A stretch of 34,126 nucleotides of DNA, taken from positions 1-34,126 of the forward strand of contig JARFOE010000009.1 of assembly GCA_031763465.1 (NCBI GenBank). The letters are read 5' to 3'. Positions 1 through 12,290 of this stretch are shown piece by piece; the stretch's first letter is position 1, and the number at the start of each line of letters is the position of its first letter. Both the position numbers and the translations under genes were made by a program. The stretch comes from Squatina squatina. Lineage: Eukaryota. Below the pieces are notes generated by a model. It was given only the letters and a program-made list of their open reading frames with translations. It did not search any database and had not been told where the DNA came from.

Positions 1-234
1 CAGTGCAGGAGTCACTCCTTCAGCACTGCACTGGAGTGTCAGCCTAGATTTTTGTGCTCAAGTCTCTGGAGTGGGACTTGAACCGACAACCTTCATTATG
101 TAGTGCCCTTCACGACCTCAGGATGTTACAAAGCACTTTACAGCCAATGAAGTGCGTTTTGTAGCGTAGTCACTGTTGCAATGTAGGAAACACAGCAGTC
201 AATTTGCTCACAGCAAGCTCCGACAAACAGCATG
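1..234 (-). mobile_element. Two abutting DeuSINE (SacSINE1-like) fragments: head at 1-94, tail of another copy at about 95-234
   Basis: Reverse complements match the head (gaaggttgtcggttcaagtcccactccagagacttgagcacaaaaatctaggctgacac) and tail of the + strand copies at 922 and 6946. Confidence 0.8.
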
Positions 235-775
235 ACATATGCTAAAGGAACCAGATAATGTAAACCATGAAAAGGTGTTTCACCTTGTCCAGAACGGTAG
301 AACCAGGGGACATGGCCTGCGCTTGAAGAGGGGTAAATTTAAAACTAACCTACGGAAACAATATTTCAGTGAGCGAGTGGTTAATCTATGGAACAGGCTC
401 CCGAGGGAGAGAGTTGAGGCAGTTATTGATTCATTCACATGCAAATGAGATAGATTTCTTTCAGAAAATAACATTTTTGGATAAACTGAATGAGTAATTT
501 GTGACATGGAATGTGGTAAGTGTAGCGTGCCTGAGATGAGCAGGTGATTTTGGACCTCTGGTTCCCAAAGCTCTCCGCCACCCGGGGTTTTCCCTCGTCC
601 CATGTCTGGGTCTGTTGTAGACTAACTGTTGCAATGTAGGAAACACAGCAGTCAATTGGAGATTGATTGCTGTGATTGGTCAACAACTCCATTATCATTG
701 TATCATACACCTATCAGGATGGTAGAAGGCGAACAAGATGGATTTAGGTCTTTTTGCCATCCTCGGTTCCTATGT
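235..775 (+). mobile_element. CR1-clade LINE 3' end (ORF2 C-terminus and 3' UTR)
   Basis: Translation RTRGHGLRLKRGKFKTNLRKQYFSERVVNLWNRLP is the typical CR1 ORF2 C-terminal motif; the tail ends in ttcctatgt. Confidence 0.8.
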
Positions 776-921
776 GAGCAGAGGATGAGCCAATTATTCT
801 CTGTGTAGAACTCAGTAAAGTGAAAAAGCAACAAAACCTAACTGTGTTGAGAGACTGATTTAAAGCTAATGAAATATGAGCAGAGAGATATGATATATAT
901 ATATATATGCAAGTTGTTACC

Positions 922-1342
922 GTCAGTTGTGGCTCAGTGGGCAGCATGCTCACCTCTGAGTTAGAAGGTTGTGGGTTCTGAGTCCCATTCCAGGGACTTG
1001 AGCACAAAAATCTAGGCTGACAGCTCCAGTGGACTGCTGCCCTGTCAGAGGTGCCGTCTTTCAGATGAGACGTTAAACCGAGGCCCCCGTCTACTATTTT
1101 GAAGAAGAGCAGGGGAGCTATCCACGGTGTGCTGGGCAATATTTGTCCCTCAACCAACATAACAAAAAACAACTTTTCTGGTCATTATTGCATTGCTGTT
1201 TGTGGGACCTTGCTGTGTGCAAATTGGCTGCCGTGTTTCCTACATTACAACAGTACTCCACAAGTACTTCATTGGCTGTAAAGCGCTTTGAGACGTCCGG
1301 TGGTTGTGAAAGGTGCTATATAAATGCATGTCTTTCTTTCTT
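922..1342 (+). mobile_element. tRNA-headed DeuSINE (SacSINE1-like), near full length
   Basis: A-box gtggctcagtggg, B-box-like gggttctgagtccc, central body shared with other copies in the window, L2-like tail aaaggtgctatataaatgca followed by (tttc)n. Confidence 0.85.
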
Positions 1343-2251
1343 TTGCTGTGAAATTTGCGTTCATTAATTCAGAATTAGATGGCTAACATCTGCATGGACT
1401 ATCCTGGTCGTTGATCCTGAGGTCTACCATGGGTTCAGTCCGCCCGATTATCCTGCGCTTGGACTAAATTGATGGTTGCCATGAGAAGATGCCCACCACC
1501 AAGGGCCTAACTAGGGCACAACAGAGCATCGAGGCTGGACATCATGCCAGCACCCTGTCCTTGATGGTATGTGATCTCAGCCATGTTTTCTTCTGCTGCT
1601 TCTCCGTGTCAAACACTTTGAGACGTTCCTTACCCTGATATCTGATCATCGGGGAGGGCATGCGAGGATCAGCTTCGACGCTACACGATTTAGCCTCTCC
1701 TGTCCACTCTGACAGCTGCCTTGGGAACTCAGACGGCAACGCTGGCAACGTTGGCAGCTAACACTGCTACCATGGAAACACACAGCCCGCTGGGCCAGAC
1801 TGCCCCGGTCCACGCCATGATGCTGCAGTCTGTGGCCGGGCCCTCGAGGCACAAATCTGTTCGTGGTCGCCCGCCATGGCCACCTGAAGTGTCCTCAATA
1901 GATGCTCAGCAGCCTTGCACCTGGTAACATGTCACCAATGGTGAAACACTTTGTGGGAGCACCAGAATGGGAAAAGAAGCAGACAAGGCACTAAGGGCTT
2001 GCACAAGAGTGAGTCCCGATTCTATTGTTTATTGCTGAGAAGATGATAGAACATAAGGGGCACCCAATTCGTGTTCTGGGCGTTTCTAGCGCTAAGCACC
2101 GAATTTCACGCTGGAAATGGGACTCCTTGAAAATTTGCCTTCAATCCTCCANNNNNNNNNNNNNNNNNNNNNNNNNNNNNNNNNNNNNNNNNNNNNNNNN
2201 NNNNNNNNNNNNNNNNNNNNNNNNNNNNNNNNNNNNNNNNNNNNNNNNNNN

Positions 2252-2482
2252 AGGAACTTTTTTACACAGCGTGTGGTAATGACCTGAAACCTGCTGCCTA
2301 TGAAGGTGGTGGAAGTGGAGATGATCAATAATTTCAAAAGAATATTGGATAGGCACTTGAGTGAAATAAATTTGCAGGGCTACGGGGATAGTGGGACTGA
2401 CTGGATTTCTCTACAAAGAGCCGGCATGGACTTGATGGGCCAAATAGCCTCCTTCTGTGTCATAATGACTCTATGACTCTAT
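2252..2482 (+). mobile_element. CR1 LINE 3' tail
   Basis: FFTQRVV..WN.LP-like remnant, then gatgggccaaatagcctccttctgt and terminal (atgactct)n repeats. Confidence 0.75.
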
Positions 2483-3097
2483 ATATTAGATACTGGTCAT
2501 TGTTCAGTTAATAAATTTGTTATCACCCAAATCGCTGCTCCTATAGTTTTTATGACTGTTCCTAGCCTTTAATGTCCTGATGGAATATATGTTTTGACTT
2601 GCAAAAATGGTGTTCTTCTCTTAACTTAGCATCCGTACAATGTTCCATTATAATTGGGATTGGTGCTGTCAAGGCTAATAAGATTTGCTCTCACCTGTTT
2701 TTAATGATACTTTAGGCCTATAAAATTGCTGTAATAGTCACTGCAGTTATTATTCAATGTGGAAAATGCAGACTTGCAATAATTACTCTAATGCCTGCGT
2801 TACCACCAGTGGAATTTACATTCTAAACATTAAGAAGTCCTGCACAGGGAGCTAATCCAGACACTGTTTTTTCTACTAAAAATAAAATGATACAATTGCG
2901 TTTCAAAATGTACTGAAATGCTTCCCTGCGTGTTGAAGCAGAATGAAGAGCTTTAAAAAATTAACATGGAGGCAATGCTTAACGGTTTCATAACTAANNN
3001 NNNNNNNNNNNNNNNNNNNNNNNNNNNNNNNNNNNNNNNNNNNNNNNNNNNNNNNNNNNNNNNNNNNNNNNNNNNNNNNNNNNNNNNNNNNNNNNNN

Positions 3098-3722
3098 TTT
3101 ATATACTTAAAGAAGCTCTTATTGTCAGTTTTTATATTCCTCGCTAGTTTGCCCTCATAGTTTATTTTCTCTCTATTATCTTTTTAGTCCTCCTTTGCTG
3201 GATTTTGAATTTATCCCAGTCTTCGGGTCTACCGCTAACTTTTGCCTCCTTATATGTTTTCTCTTTTAACTTTATACCCTCCTTAACTTCCTTGGTTAGC
3301 CATGCTAAGAATCTTTCCTCCTTACTGGGATATGTTTTTGTTGAGAGTCGTGAATTACCTCCTTAAATATCTGCCACTGCCTGCCTACTGTCTTTCTTTC
3401 CAATCTATCTGCCCAGTCCACTTTAGCTAACTTAATCCTCATTCCATTGTAATTCTCCTTATTTAAGTTAAACACAGATGTTTCCAACCCAAATTTCTCA
3501 CTCTCAAACTGAATACAAAATTCTATCATGTTATGATCACGACTTCCGAGGGGGTCTTTTACTGTGAGGTCATTTATTAAACCTGCCTCATTACCCATTA
3601 CAAGATCTATGATAAGCTGTTCTCTGGTTGGCTTCATGACGTATTGCTCTAGGAAACTATCCTGAATGCACTATATGAATTCGTTCTCATAGCTACCCTT
3701 TCCAACTTGATTGACCTGACTT
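3098..3722 (-). mobile_element. CR1 LINE ORF2 fragment (endonuclease C-terminus and linker), degenerate
   Basis: Minus ORF 3305-3637 reads PTREQLIIDLVMGNE...DPLGSRDHNMIEF, the APE endonuclease SDH-type motif of CR1 elements. Confidence 0.8.
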
Positions 3723-3724
3723 GA

Positions 3725-4160
3725 TTATATACTGTGGAAGAATGTGTGGTATATATTGCAAAACCGTGTATGATGTAGAGTACAAGATTGTACAGTATTT
3801 ATTGCAAAAGTGTGTGTGATATATTTTATAAAAGTGTGGTATGAAAATGGATTGTATATATTGAGTATATGGCATATAGTAAAAGAGTTTGCAGTATATG
3901 TTCAGAGAATATGGTATGTATTGAGAACAGGTGCATGATATAGATTAAAATAGTATACGGTGCATATTAAAAGTTTGTAGCATGTATTAGGGATATATAT
4001 GTCATATAATATAGAAGAATGTGATGGTATATATTACAAGAGTTTATAATATTTATTGAAAGAGTGGGTGGTATATATTGTAAAAGGGTATGTGTTATAT
4101 ATCGTAAAAGGCGTGTGACATATATTGTAAAGCATGGTATATTAACACTTATTGCGCACA
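3725..4160. repeat. Degenerate AT-rich minisatellite, unit roughly 30 bp (gtgtggtatatattgtaaaa core)
   Basis: gtgtggtatatattg / gtgtgatatatttt variants recur through the interval. Confidence 0.55.
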
Positions 4161-5222
4161 ATAGGTAGATGTACAGAGTAACGGTTTACTGTTAGCAATG
4201 ATCAGGACGATTTTGAGCATCAGATACTTGACAGAACAGATCAACACAAAAACAAATAAGAACTATTTTATCTGGGAGTANNNNNNNNNNAGCATGAGTG
4301 GATTCAATAAGTAGGAATCAGTTCCACTTCTCAGCGCTGTAATCCATGGTAGAACACACACAGACATACAAACTATCCAGTGCCAAGGAAACACAGCTCC
4401 ACCAATCACCTGAATACCACTGTGAAATCTATTGATAACCTGGTGTAACTACAGTGTTAAGATGCCAAGGCTCATATTAGCTCGCTATAGTAAGCACTTC
4501 TGGGGATCATAATGTTTAATAATGAATTGCTTCTTTTTAACGCAATTGTGGCTAAAAGACAATTTGAAAGGTGATTGATATGCAGTAATTTTGTTGTCTT
4601 AATTACATTCTGTGTTCGAAGATTTCAAGTAATTTGCTGTTAAATTTGAACACAGTATTTTGATGCCGAGCTGGTATTTTATTGCATTTGATGTTAAATG
4701 CATATATGGCATCAGTACTATAAATTTTATTTATTATATGACGACATGGAGCTGTGAAGAATAATGGCAGAATTTCTAAAATTAGTTTATTCAGTTGTGA
4801 TTCAACATGTTACTTATCAAGCTATGAAATAAGCTTATTTCTGTTAAAACCCAATAGTTTCATATTGCTAGTGAGGCTCAATATCTCCACCTCTGAACAA
4901 AATTCTCAAAATGTTTTGCTCTCTCTGGAAGGAATATGAACAATGTTAATAAGGTCATCATTTGAATCTTACTTATGTTAGGTTAAAGAGCAAAGATCAG
5001 CCAAATGAATCAGCATATAAAGTAGCAGAGAAACGGTACTGCAGCTGAATATAGTTCCCCATAAGAAATAGTTTGTAATCTTAAGTGGGTTTTATTATGC
5101 TGTGCAACTAGATTTTATCATTNNNNNNNNNNNNNNNNNNNNNNNNNNNNNNNNNNNNNNNNNNNNNNNNNNNNNNNNNNNNNNNNNNNNNNNNNNNNNN
5201 NNNNNNNNNNNNNNNNNNNNNN

Positions 5223-5491
5223 AATTCTGCCCTCTTGAGCACCCCTGATTATAATCGCTCAACCATTGGTGGCTTTGCCTTCTGTTGCCTCGGCCCTGAG
5301 CTTGGGAACTCCCTCCCTGAACCTCTCTACCTCCCTTTCCTCATTTAAGAAGCTCCTTAAAACCTATCTCTTTCATCTGCCATAATTTCTTGTGCGGCTC
5401 GTTGTCAAATTTTTGACTTCTAACACTCCTGTGAAACACCTTGGGACGTTTTACTATGTTAAAGGTGCTACATGAATGCCAGTTGTTGTTG
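5223..5491 (+). mobile_element. L2-clade LINE 3' end
   Basis: IGG.AF....P.LWNSLP-like remnant, then tgtgaaacaccttgggacg...aaaggtgctac and (gtt)n; the tail resembles the SINE tail. Confidence 0.7.
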
Positions 5492-5496
5492 ATGTG

Positions 5497-5773
5497 ATAA
5501 TGACCAGGTAATCTGTTTTTGTGATGTTGGTTGAGGGATAAATATTTACCAGGACACTGGGAATAACTACCCTGCTTTTCTTCGAAATAGTGCCACAGGA
5601 TCTTTTACATCCACCTGAGAGAGCAGACGGGGCATTGGTTTAATGTCTCATCCAAAAGACAGCACCTCCGACAGTGCAGCACTCCCAAAGTACTGTACTG
5701 GAAGTGTCAGGCTCAAGTCTCTGGAGTGGGACTTGAGCCCACAACCAGAGGCCAGATGCTACCAACCGAGCTG
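5497..5773 (-). mobile_element. DeuSINE (SacSINE1-like) partial copy
   Basis: Reverse complement of the SINE head and body. Confidence 0.8.
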
Positions 5774-6945
5774 TAAGGTGAAAGGTCAGTGTCTAGCTCC
5801 CACAAGAGATGGATTATACATTCGATTTGTTCCCATACAGAAACTGACGCTGTGCACGTACGTGGAGCGTTAACTGACTCACTGGAGCGGGTCTATCACA
5901 AATGAAGACGTTCTGAAAACAGGAACTAACAAGATCAGAGTAGCCGTTTGCTTCACATGCTGGAACTGACTTGCACCATGAGGGTAGATGTCAAAGAACG
6001 GCCTCATCCCCCGCGGGGTTCAACAAGGACTGGATGATCACCACAAAAATGGTATGCAATGCAAAAAGGACAGAAATATAACAGATGCTAAGCTCATATT
6101 CCTGTAAAACCCCAAGCCAGCAGCCAGTTTCAACGCACTCTCCCTGCCTGCCAGGACTTGCCATTTCATGAGTGCGAGTGCTCTGTCCAACACAAGGATA
6201 TGCTCTGGAACACATGGCCCAACGCCAGGCCATTACAGCAAACAATTCTATATGCAGAAATTCCGGAATGATTTATGGTGCCCCAGATTATGTGCCGGGC
6301 CACTTTGTTCTGGGTTACTTATAGCAGGGCTCTAAAATGACGGGACTCCTGTGTTATTTAAGATGGATAACTAGGTCATTGTGGAGCAGAGTGCGAAGCA
6401 TTCCTTTAATCATTTTGGACTCAGGAAAGGGTAAAACGCTGCACCGCCACCCAATGTAATGGGGACGGGGGAACTTGATGATGAAAACAATGGAGCATGC
6501 CTTCTGAACTAAAAAAAAAAGAGCGTGTATCTTTTAAAAATTGAAACTTGATTAAGACTTTTTATAGTTAAGAATTTGCATTTGAGTCTTGCAGCTGATG
6601 TTACGTTATCCTAGTACAGTGGAAATGTGTAGTATTCCTCTCCCTTCTAAGCATACAATTTGATCTCCCATTACTAGCTGGCTTTTTCCCTGTACCGTGC
6701 TCTCTACAACAATGCAGACTGCTGTAGTACAACCATTCTAAATGATTACCTCCCTACTCCATGAACTATTCCAGGTCGAAATTAACTGCAAAATGAAAAC
6801 ATCCTCTTACAGAGGACATGGCAAGAAAACTAGAAACACAGGAGCGGAGGTTCAGAATATCGCACGCCATGTAATCTCAGAGTCTACTCCATCGTCTATC
6901 CTCTGTCCAACCCATCCTACACACTGATTTCAGTCTCCACTTTGT

Positions 6946-7334
6946 GTCAGCCGTGGCTCAGTGGGTAGCACCCTCGCACCTCTGAGTTAGAAGGTTGTGG
7001 GTTTGAGTCCCGCTCCAGAGACTCGAGCATAAAAATCTAGGCTGGCACTCCAGTGCAGTGCTGAGGGAGTGCTGCACTGTCGGGGGTGCCGTCTTGCGGG
7101 TGAGACCTTAAACCGAGGCCCCGTCTGCTCTCTGAGGTGGATGTAAAAGACCCCATAACACTACTTCAAAGAAGAGTAGGAAAGTTATCCCCAGTGTTCT
7201 GGACAATATTTATCCTTCAATCAACATCACTGAAAAAAAAAAATCTGGTCATTATGGCATTGCTGTTTCTGCGAGCTTGCTGTGCACAAATTTGCTGCCG
7301 CGTTTCCTACATTACAATTATGACTTTACTTCAA
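6946..7334 (+). mobile_element. DeuSINE (SacSINE1-like), 3'-truncated
   Basis: gtcagccgtggctcagtgggtagcac head with A and B boxes; body matches 922-1342. Confidence 0.85.
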
Positions 7335-7432
7335 ATAAAAGTAAGTTCAAAAGATCAAAAGACTTCCCCTTAAAGGGCACCTTGAATCCGACCAGCAAAC
7401 TGATCTCAACCAACAGGAATGTTTCAGTTTTC

Positions 7433-7537
<105 letters not shown>

Positions 7538-7637
7538 NNNNNNNNNNNNNNNNNNNNNNNNNNNNNNNNNNNNNNNNNNNNNNNNNNNNNNNNNNNNNNN
7601 NNNNNNNNNNNNNNNNNNNNNNNNNNNNNNNNNNNNN

Positions 7638-7922
7638 CCCGTCTGCTCTGTAAGGTGGATGTAAATGATCCAACAGCGCTATTTCGAAGAAGAGCAGGGG
7701 AGTTTTCCCCAGTGTCCTGGACCAAAATTCATCCCTCAACCAACAAACAGATTACATGGTCATTAATGCATTGCTGTTTGTGCGAGCTTGCTGTGCGCAA
7801 ATTGGCTGCCGCGTTTCCCACATTACAACAGCGACTACACTTCAAAAAGTACTTCGTTGGCTGTAAAGCGCTTTGGGACGCCCGGTGGCCGTGAAAGGCG
7901 CTATAGAAATGCAAGTTGTTCT
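7638..7922 (+). mobile_element. DeuSINE 3' half
   Basis: Matches the body and tail of other copies; ends aaaggcgctatagaaatgcaagttgtt. Confidence 0.85.
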
Positions 7923-8593
7923 TTTTGTCTGGTGCAACAGGCCTTCAGGTGCTTGGTCCTTCTGTAACATCCACTGTCGACCATGCTCCCAGTCCTTCGC
8001 GTGGCAGGGTCTGCAATGGTGTTCGGTCAGGGCCACCTGGTGTGGGTGTGTTCTGCGCACGGACCTGGTGTCGGGCGAGGTCACTGCGGTTCGGGGCCGG
8101 TTCGGGTACCAGTGTGCTGCGTTGGAGGGTTGCTGTTCTAACCCTTTGGGTTAGGTTGTATTCAAGGGTTCGCAAACGGAATGTCTGATTTTGTATATTT
8201 CATAAAACTTTATAATTTTAAATAAATAAAAGTGCAAAGATAAAAATATGATTGTACAATTCACTAAGTTCCATTGATGACAAATCCAACAGCGATTCAG
8301 CAATGCTGTCAGCAGGTCACTGGTGCCTGGTGTGGAGGAGGTGGGGAATGGGGTTTATATTCATTCTGGGGATGTGCTGTCGCTGGGATTTATTGCCCAA
8401 CCATCCTTTCCTGAGAAGGTGGTCCAGGCCTGTCTTGAACCCCTGCACGGTTTTGATACAATTGGCACCAGATTGTTATTTTCAGGTTTTTTTNNNNNNN
8501 NNNNNNNNNNNNNNNNNNNNNNNNNNNNNNNNNNNNNNNNNNNNNNNNNNNNNNNNNNNNNNNNNNNNNNNNNNNNNNNNNNNNNNNNNNNNN

Positions 8594-8730
8594 GGTGCAA
8601 ATTGGCTGCCGTGCTTTCATGCCTTAGAACAGCGATTGCACTTCTAAATGTACTACATTGGCTGTAAAGCGCTTTGGGATATCCTGAGGATGTGAAAGGC
8701 GCTATAGAAATGCAAGTCCTTCCTTTCTTT
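8594..8730 (+). mobile_element. DeuSINE 3' tail (intronic, abutting the VARS acceptor)
   Basis: gtgcaaattggctgcc...aaaggcgctatagaaatgcaagtccttcctttc. Confidence 0.8.
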
Positions 8731-8752
8731 ATCTCTGGTTGGTGATTGGCAG

Positions 8753-8834
8753 GAAGGGAGACGAGATCTACCGACAGTTGCGGCGTTTGGGCTCCTCGCT
8801 GGACTGGGACCGGGCCTGCTTCACCATGGACACG
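8753..8834 (+). CDS. Valyl-tRNA synthetase internal exon (VARS1 or VARS2)
   Basis: cag|G AAG...ACG|gtgagt exon encoding KGDEIYRQLRRLGSSLDWDRACFTMDT, the ValRS LGxSxDWxRxxFTMD motif. Confidence 0.9.
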
Positions 8835-8954
8835 GTGAGTCACAGCGCGGGGATGGGCCACGGTCGTGTGCCGGTGGGTCAACTTTCAAAGCCCCTGTCC
8901 CGCCGGGCCCCAGTCCAGATCTAAAAAGAAGCTCGTATCCGTAACGGTGGCCAT

Positions 8955-9320
8955 TGTTAGTATTTTAAACCGGAAACAGGACTACAGTCCTTGAGTGACC
9001 CCGGCGGAATGTCTGTTTATACCAAGATCGTTCCCTTACGTGGGTGGTCGACGAATATTGACCTTACAGATACAGACTCAAACTTTAGTTCAAGCGAAAG
9101 ATTTATTAAGTTATCAGTAAGATGTGCAAAACTAATACTTAACACAGGCAATAGGCTTCAACGATGATCAGGTCCGACGGTTCCAGCTTCCGAACTCGCA
9201 GAAGCACAGTCTTCTGTTCTTGCTGTGTTCGGTTGACTGAAGTCTTTTTTCCTTCCTCCAACAATGTCCTGTAGCCCCTCTCTTTTATCCCCCCTCGGGG
9301 TGCGAGAGCCTCACCTTATC
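8955..9320 (-). mobile_element. Possible LTR fragment
   Basis: The minus strand has TATA-like ggggataaaag (about 9282-9292), AATAAA (9102-9107) and ends ...ctaaca at 8955. The other end lies in the gap. Confidence 0.3.
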
Positions 9321-9420
9321 NNNNNNNNNNNNNNNNNNNNNNNNNNNNNNNNNNNNNNNNNNNNNNNNNNNNNNNNNNNNNNNNNNNNNNNNNNNNNNNN
9401 NNNNNNNNNNNNNNNNNNNN

Positions 9421-9550
9421 CCAAACCCTTCACCCCAACTCCTCTTTCACCCCAACTCTCCAACCCCTCACCCCAACTCCTCTTTCACCCCAACTCTCCA
9501 AACCCCTCACCCCAACTCCTCTTTCACCCCAACTCTCCAACTCCCTCTCA
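9421..9550. repeat. C-rich minisatellite, unit about 39 bp, about 3 copies
   Basis: ccctcaccccaactcctctttcaccccaactctccaa repeated. Confidence 0.8.
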
Positions 9551-10314
9551 TCTTCCATTCACTTCAATTGAAAGGAAAATGACAGATTGTACCAGTCAGG
9601 ATCGGAATAATATCTGGAACAGATTCGAGATGTTCTTAGAGTTGGGATCTTTCTTTATCTTTACTCCACTCGAGGAGTTAGATAACAGACCTTCTCCTGT
9701 GAATACAGAGCTGGACTATTGGGCCATGATGTGTTCACTTGTCCATTTTGCTGACTCTAAATCTTTGCCAATTGTTTGGTGTGATCTGTTCACTTTACGA
9801 ATACACTTGCTGACTGGACTCCAATTTGAATTGAAACCAGATTTGCAGGCATGATGCTCTATTCACCCATCGAAGGTGAGAGAGATGCTGTGGGGCTCAC
9901 GCTAAGTCCAGTAGCTGATAGTGATGAACAGACTGGGTTTTGTTTTTAATGATCCCGAGCATGTTACTGACACCTTCCTTGGGTACCAGGGCTAGGAGAG
10001 GCACTCCGGGGAGCAGGGACTTGTCCATGAGAGAACCCGAAGGTCTCAGAACTGAAAAAATCTCCAGTTAGAAAGAAGAAAAGGCCCAAAAATAGAGCAG
10101 TCAGTACCTGGACATCAATTAGTCTCACCTGGGAAAAATCAAACATTCGACACATTGTGTGTTTGACACAAAGCTGATTTTTTTTGAAATATCAAAATAT
10201 CAAACTCAAGTCCAGTTAATGGTTATTAACATCAGCAGAAACAAATTGTCAGAATGAACATGGTACAGTCTGGGATGCGATTAACAACAGCAATAACAGC
10301 AGAATTCAACCCCT

Positions 10315-10856
10315 GCAGTCACTTATGAACTGGCTGGTGACTCAGCAGGCTGGATGACTGAGTAAATCCCTTCCCAGTCAGAACTGGTGAACGCCCTCTC
10401 CCCACTGTGAACTCGCTGGTGTCTCAGCAGGTGGATTACTGAGTGCACTCCTTCCCACCCTCAGAGCAGGTAAATGATCTCTCCCCACTGTGAACTCGCT
10501 GGTGTCTCAGCAGGCTGGATGACTGAGTGCACTCCTTCCCACCCTCAGAGCAGGTGAACGCCCTCTCCCCACTGTGAACTGGCTGGTGTCTCAGCAGGCT
10601 GGATTACTGATTGCACTCCTTCCCACCCTCAGAGCAGGTAAATGATCTCTCCCCACTGTGAACTGGCTGGTGTCTCAGCAGGCTGGATTACTGAGTGCAC
10701 TCCTTCCCACCCTCAGAGCAGGTGAACGCCCTCTCCCCACTGTGAACTCGCTGGTGTCTCAGCAGGCTGGATTACTGAGTGCACTCCTTCCCACCCTCAG
10801 AGCAGGTAAATGATCTCTCCCCACTGTGAACTGGCTGGTGTCTCAGCAGGCTGGAT
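10315..10856 (-). pseudogene. Degenerate C2H2 zinc-finger array amplified as an 84-bp tandem repeat
   Basis: Units read [19 protein letters not shown](R/P)VHSGER: the second Cys is lost and most units carry an in-frame TAA. Confidence 0.85.
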
Positions 10857-11289
10857 NNNNNNNNNNNNNNNNNNNNNNNNNNNNNNNNNNNNNNNNNNNN
10901 NNNNNNNNNNNNNNNNNNNNNNNNNNNNNNNNNNNNNNNNNNNNNNNNNNNNNNNNTCTGGGTCATTTGACTGTGACACGATGGTGGCCATTTTTTTGCA
11001 GCAGGCAGCAGAAAACCACGAACAGGGAGACCCGTTGAGGAGGATACTGAAGAGACAGCCCGAGCTCTCAAGACAGTAGAACCTATGCTTGGCGAGTCCC
11101 ATCGTCTACCCTATTATGTTCCTTGTTTCGGCAGGGTACTGAAGTAACAGTGGCTGCAGAGATACATATAAGCTTCTGAAGATTATTGACAGAGTAGCTG
11201 CTGAGCGAGTTTTCAATGATGGCGGCAAAAGGGGTCGGCAATTTAGGACTGAGGTGAGGATGAATTTCCGCAATCAAATGAGTGTGTGT

Positions 11290-12290
11290 CATTTGAATTA
11301 TCTACCACAAAGGGCTGTGAATACTGAGTCGTTGAGCATATTATTGGCATAGAGAGGTACATTTCTGGAGTCTGGGGAATTCAGGAATATGGGATCGGGT
11401 GGAAAAGTGGAGATGAAGTGAAGCTAACAATGGTCCTATTAAATTCCAGAACAAGCTCGACGGTCTGTATGCCCGACTCCTGCTCCTAATTCTTGTACTC
11501 TGATATTCTTATCCTGAATTGGCTGAGAGACAGAAAACAGAGTGTACTCTTGAACTGTTGTCTCTCAGACTGGGTTGGTGCGCGTGCAGGGGCCTTCACT
11601 CACCTCCAGTGGACGGTGCTGAGGGCACTACACTTTCATGATATATATCAATGACCTGGACAAGTGTACACAGAGCATAATGTTAAGTTTTCACATTTCA
11701 CGAAGATTGGAATGCAGTAAAACGTGAACGTGGCAGATGTCAGGAGGAGCTAGATGGATCAGTGAAATTGGCAGAATCATGGCAGTGGAAATTTAATCCA
11801 GAGAATTGTGCAGTGATGCATTCTGGAGGTGTGAAATGAGGAGAAACAATATAATCTAAACGGTATAATTTTAGAGAGATTACAAAAACGGGGATCTTTT
11901 ACTTCACAGGTCAGTGAAGGTTGGGGTGGATTGAGTTGTGCTGTTCAAAAGTGTGAAAGGTCTTGCTGGAGCAGAGAGATGAAAATTGGTTCCACTGGCA
12001 GAACTGGCAGTAACTAAAGGAAACAGAGTTAATATACTTGACAAGAAATCTATTGGGGAAATCAAGAGTTTTTTAACATAAGAAATTATTATCGTGCAAG
12101 CATATTCTGGCAAATGTTCAGGTAGCCAGTTCAGTACTAAATGGCAAAAGGGAATTGGATAAATACTTGAAAGGGGGAACTTTGCAGAGTTATGTGGAAA
12201 GATTAGCTGAGTGTTCTAATTAGACAGCTCCTTCAAAGAGATGACAAATACACAATGGGATGAATTACCTGCTTCTGTGCTGTATGACTG
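11290..12290 (+). mobile_element. Two degenerate CR1 LINE fragments (tail at about 11290-11510; RT to tail at about 11511-12290)
   Basis: First tail ends ccgactcctgctcctaattcttg. The second has NWLRDRKQ and FMIYINDLD RT motifs and WQWKFNPENC, with a tail near 12240-12290. Confidence 0.75.

Noticed and set aside
1345-2111. Possible DNA transposon remnant with gtgaaatt...aatttcac ends
   Set aside because: The inverted match is only about 8 bp and no transposase motif is recognisable.
4291-5122. Possible conserved non-coding element (also 2483-2997)
   Set aside because: Unique-looking AT-rich sequence, but conservation cannot be judged without alignments.
6946-7020. tRNA genes at SINE heads (also near 922 and 31240)
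   Set aside because: The A/B boxes continue directly into SINE bodies.
7925-8235. Possible L1/Tx1-like 3' end followed by AATAAA and an A-rich tract
   Set aside because: No diagnostic protein motif could be identified by eye.
9560-9875. Non-repetitive end of the 196-aa ORF as an exon
   Set aside because: No recognisable domain, and the ORF is built across a gap and a minisatellite.
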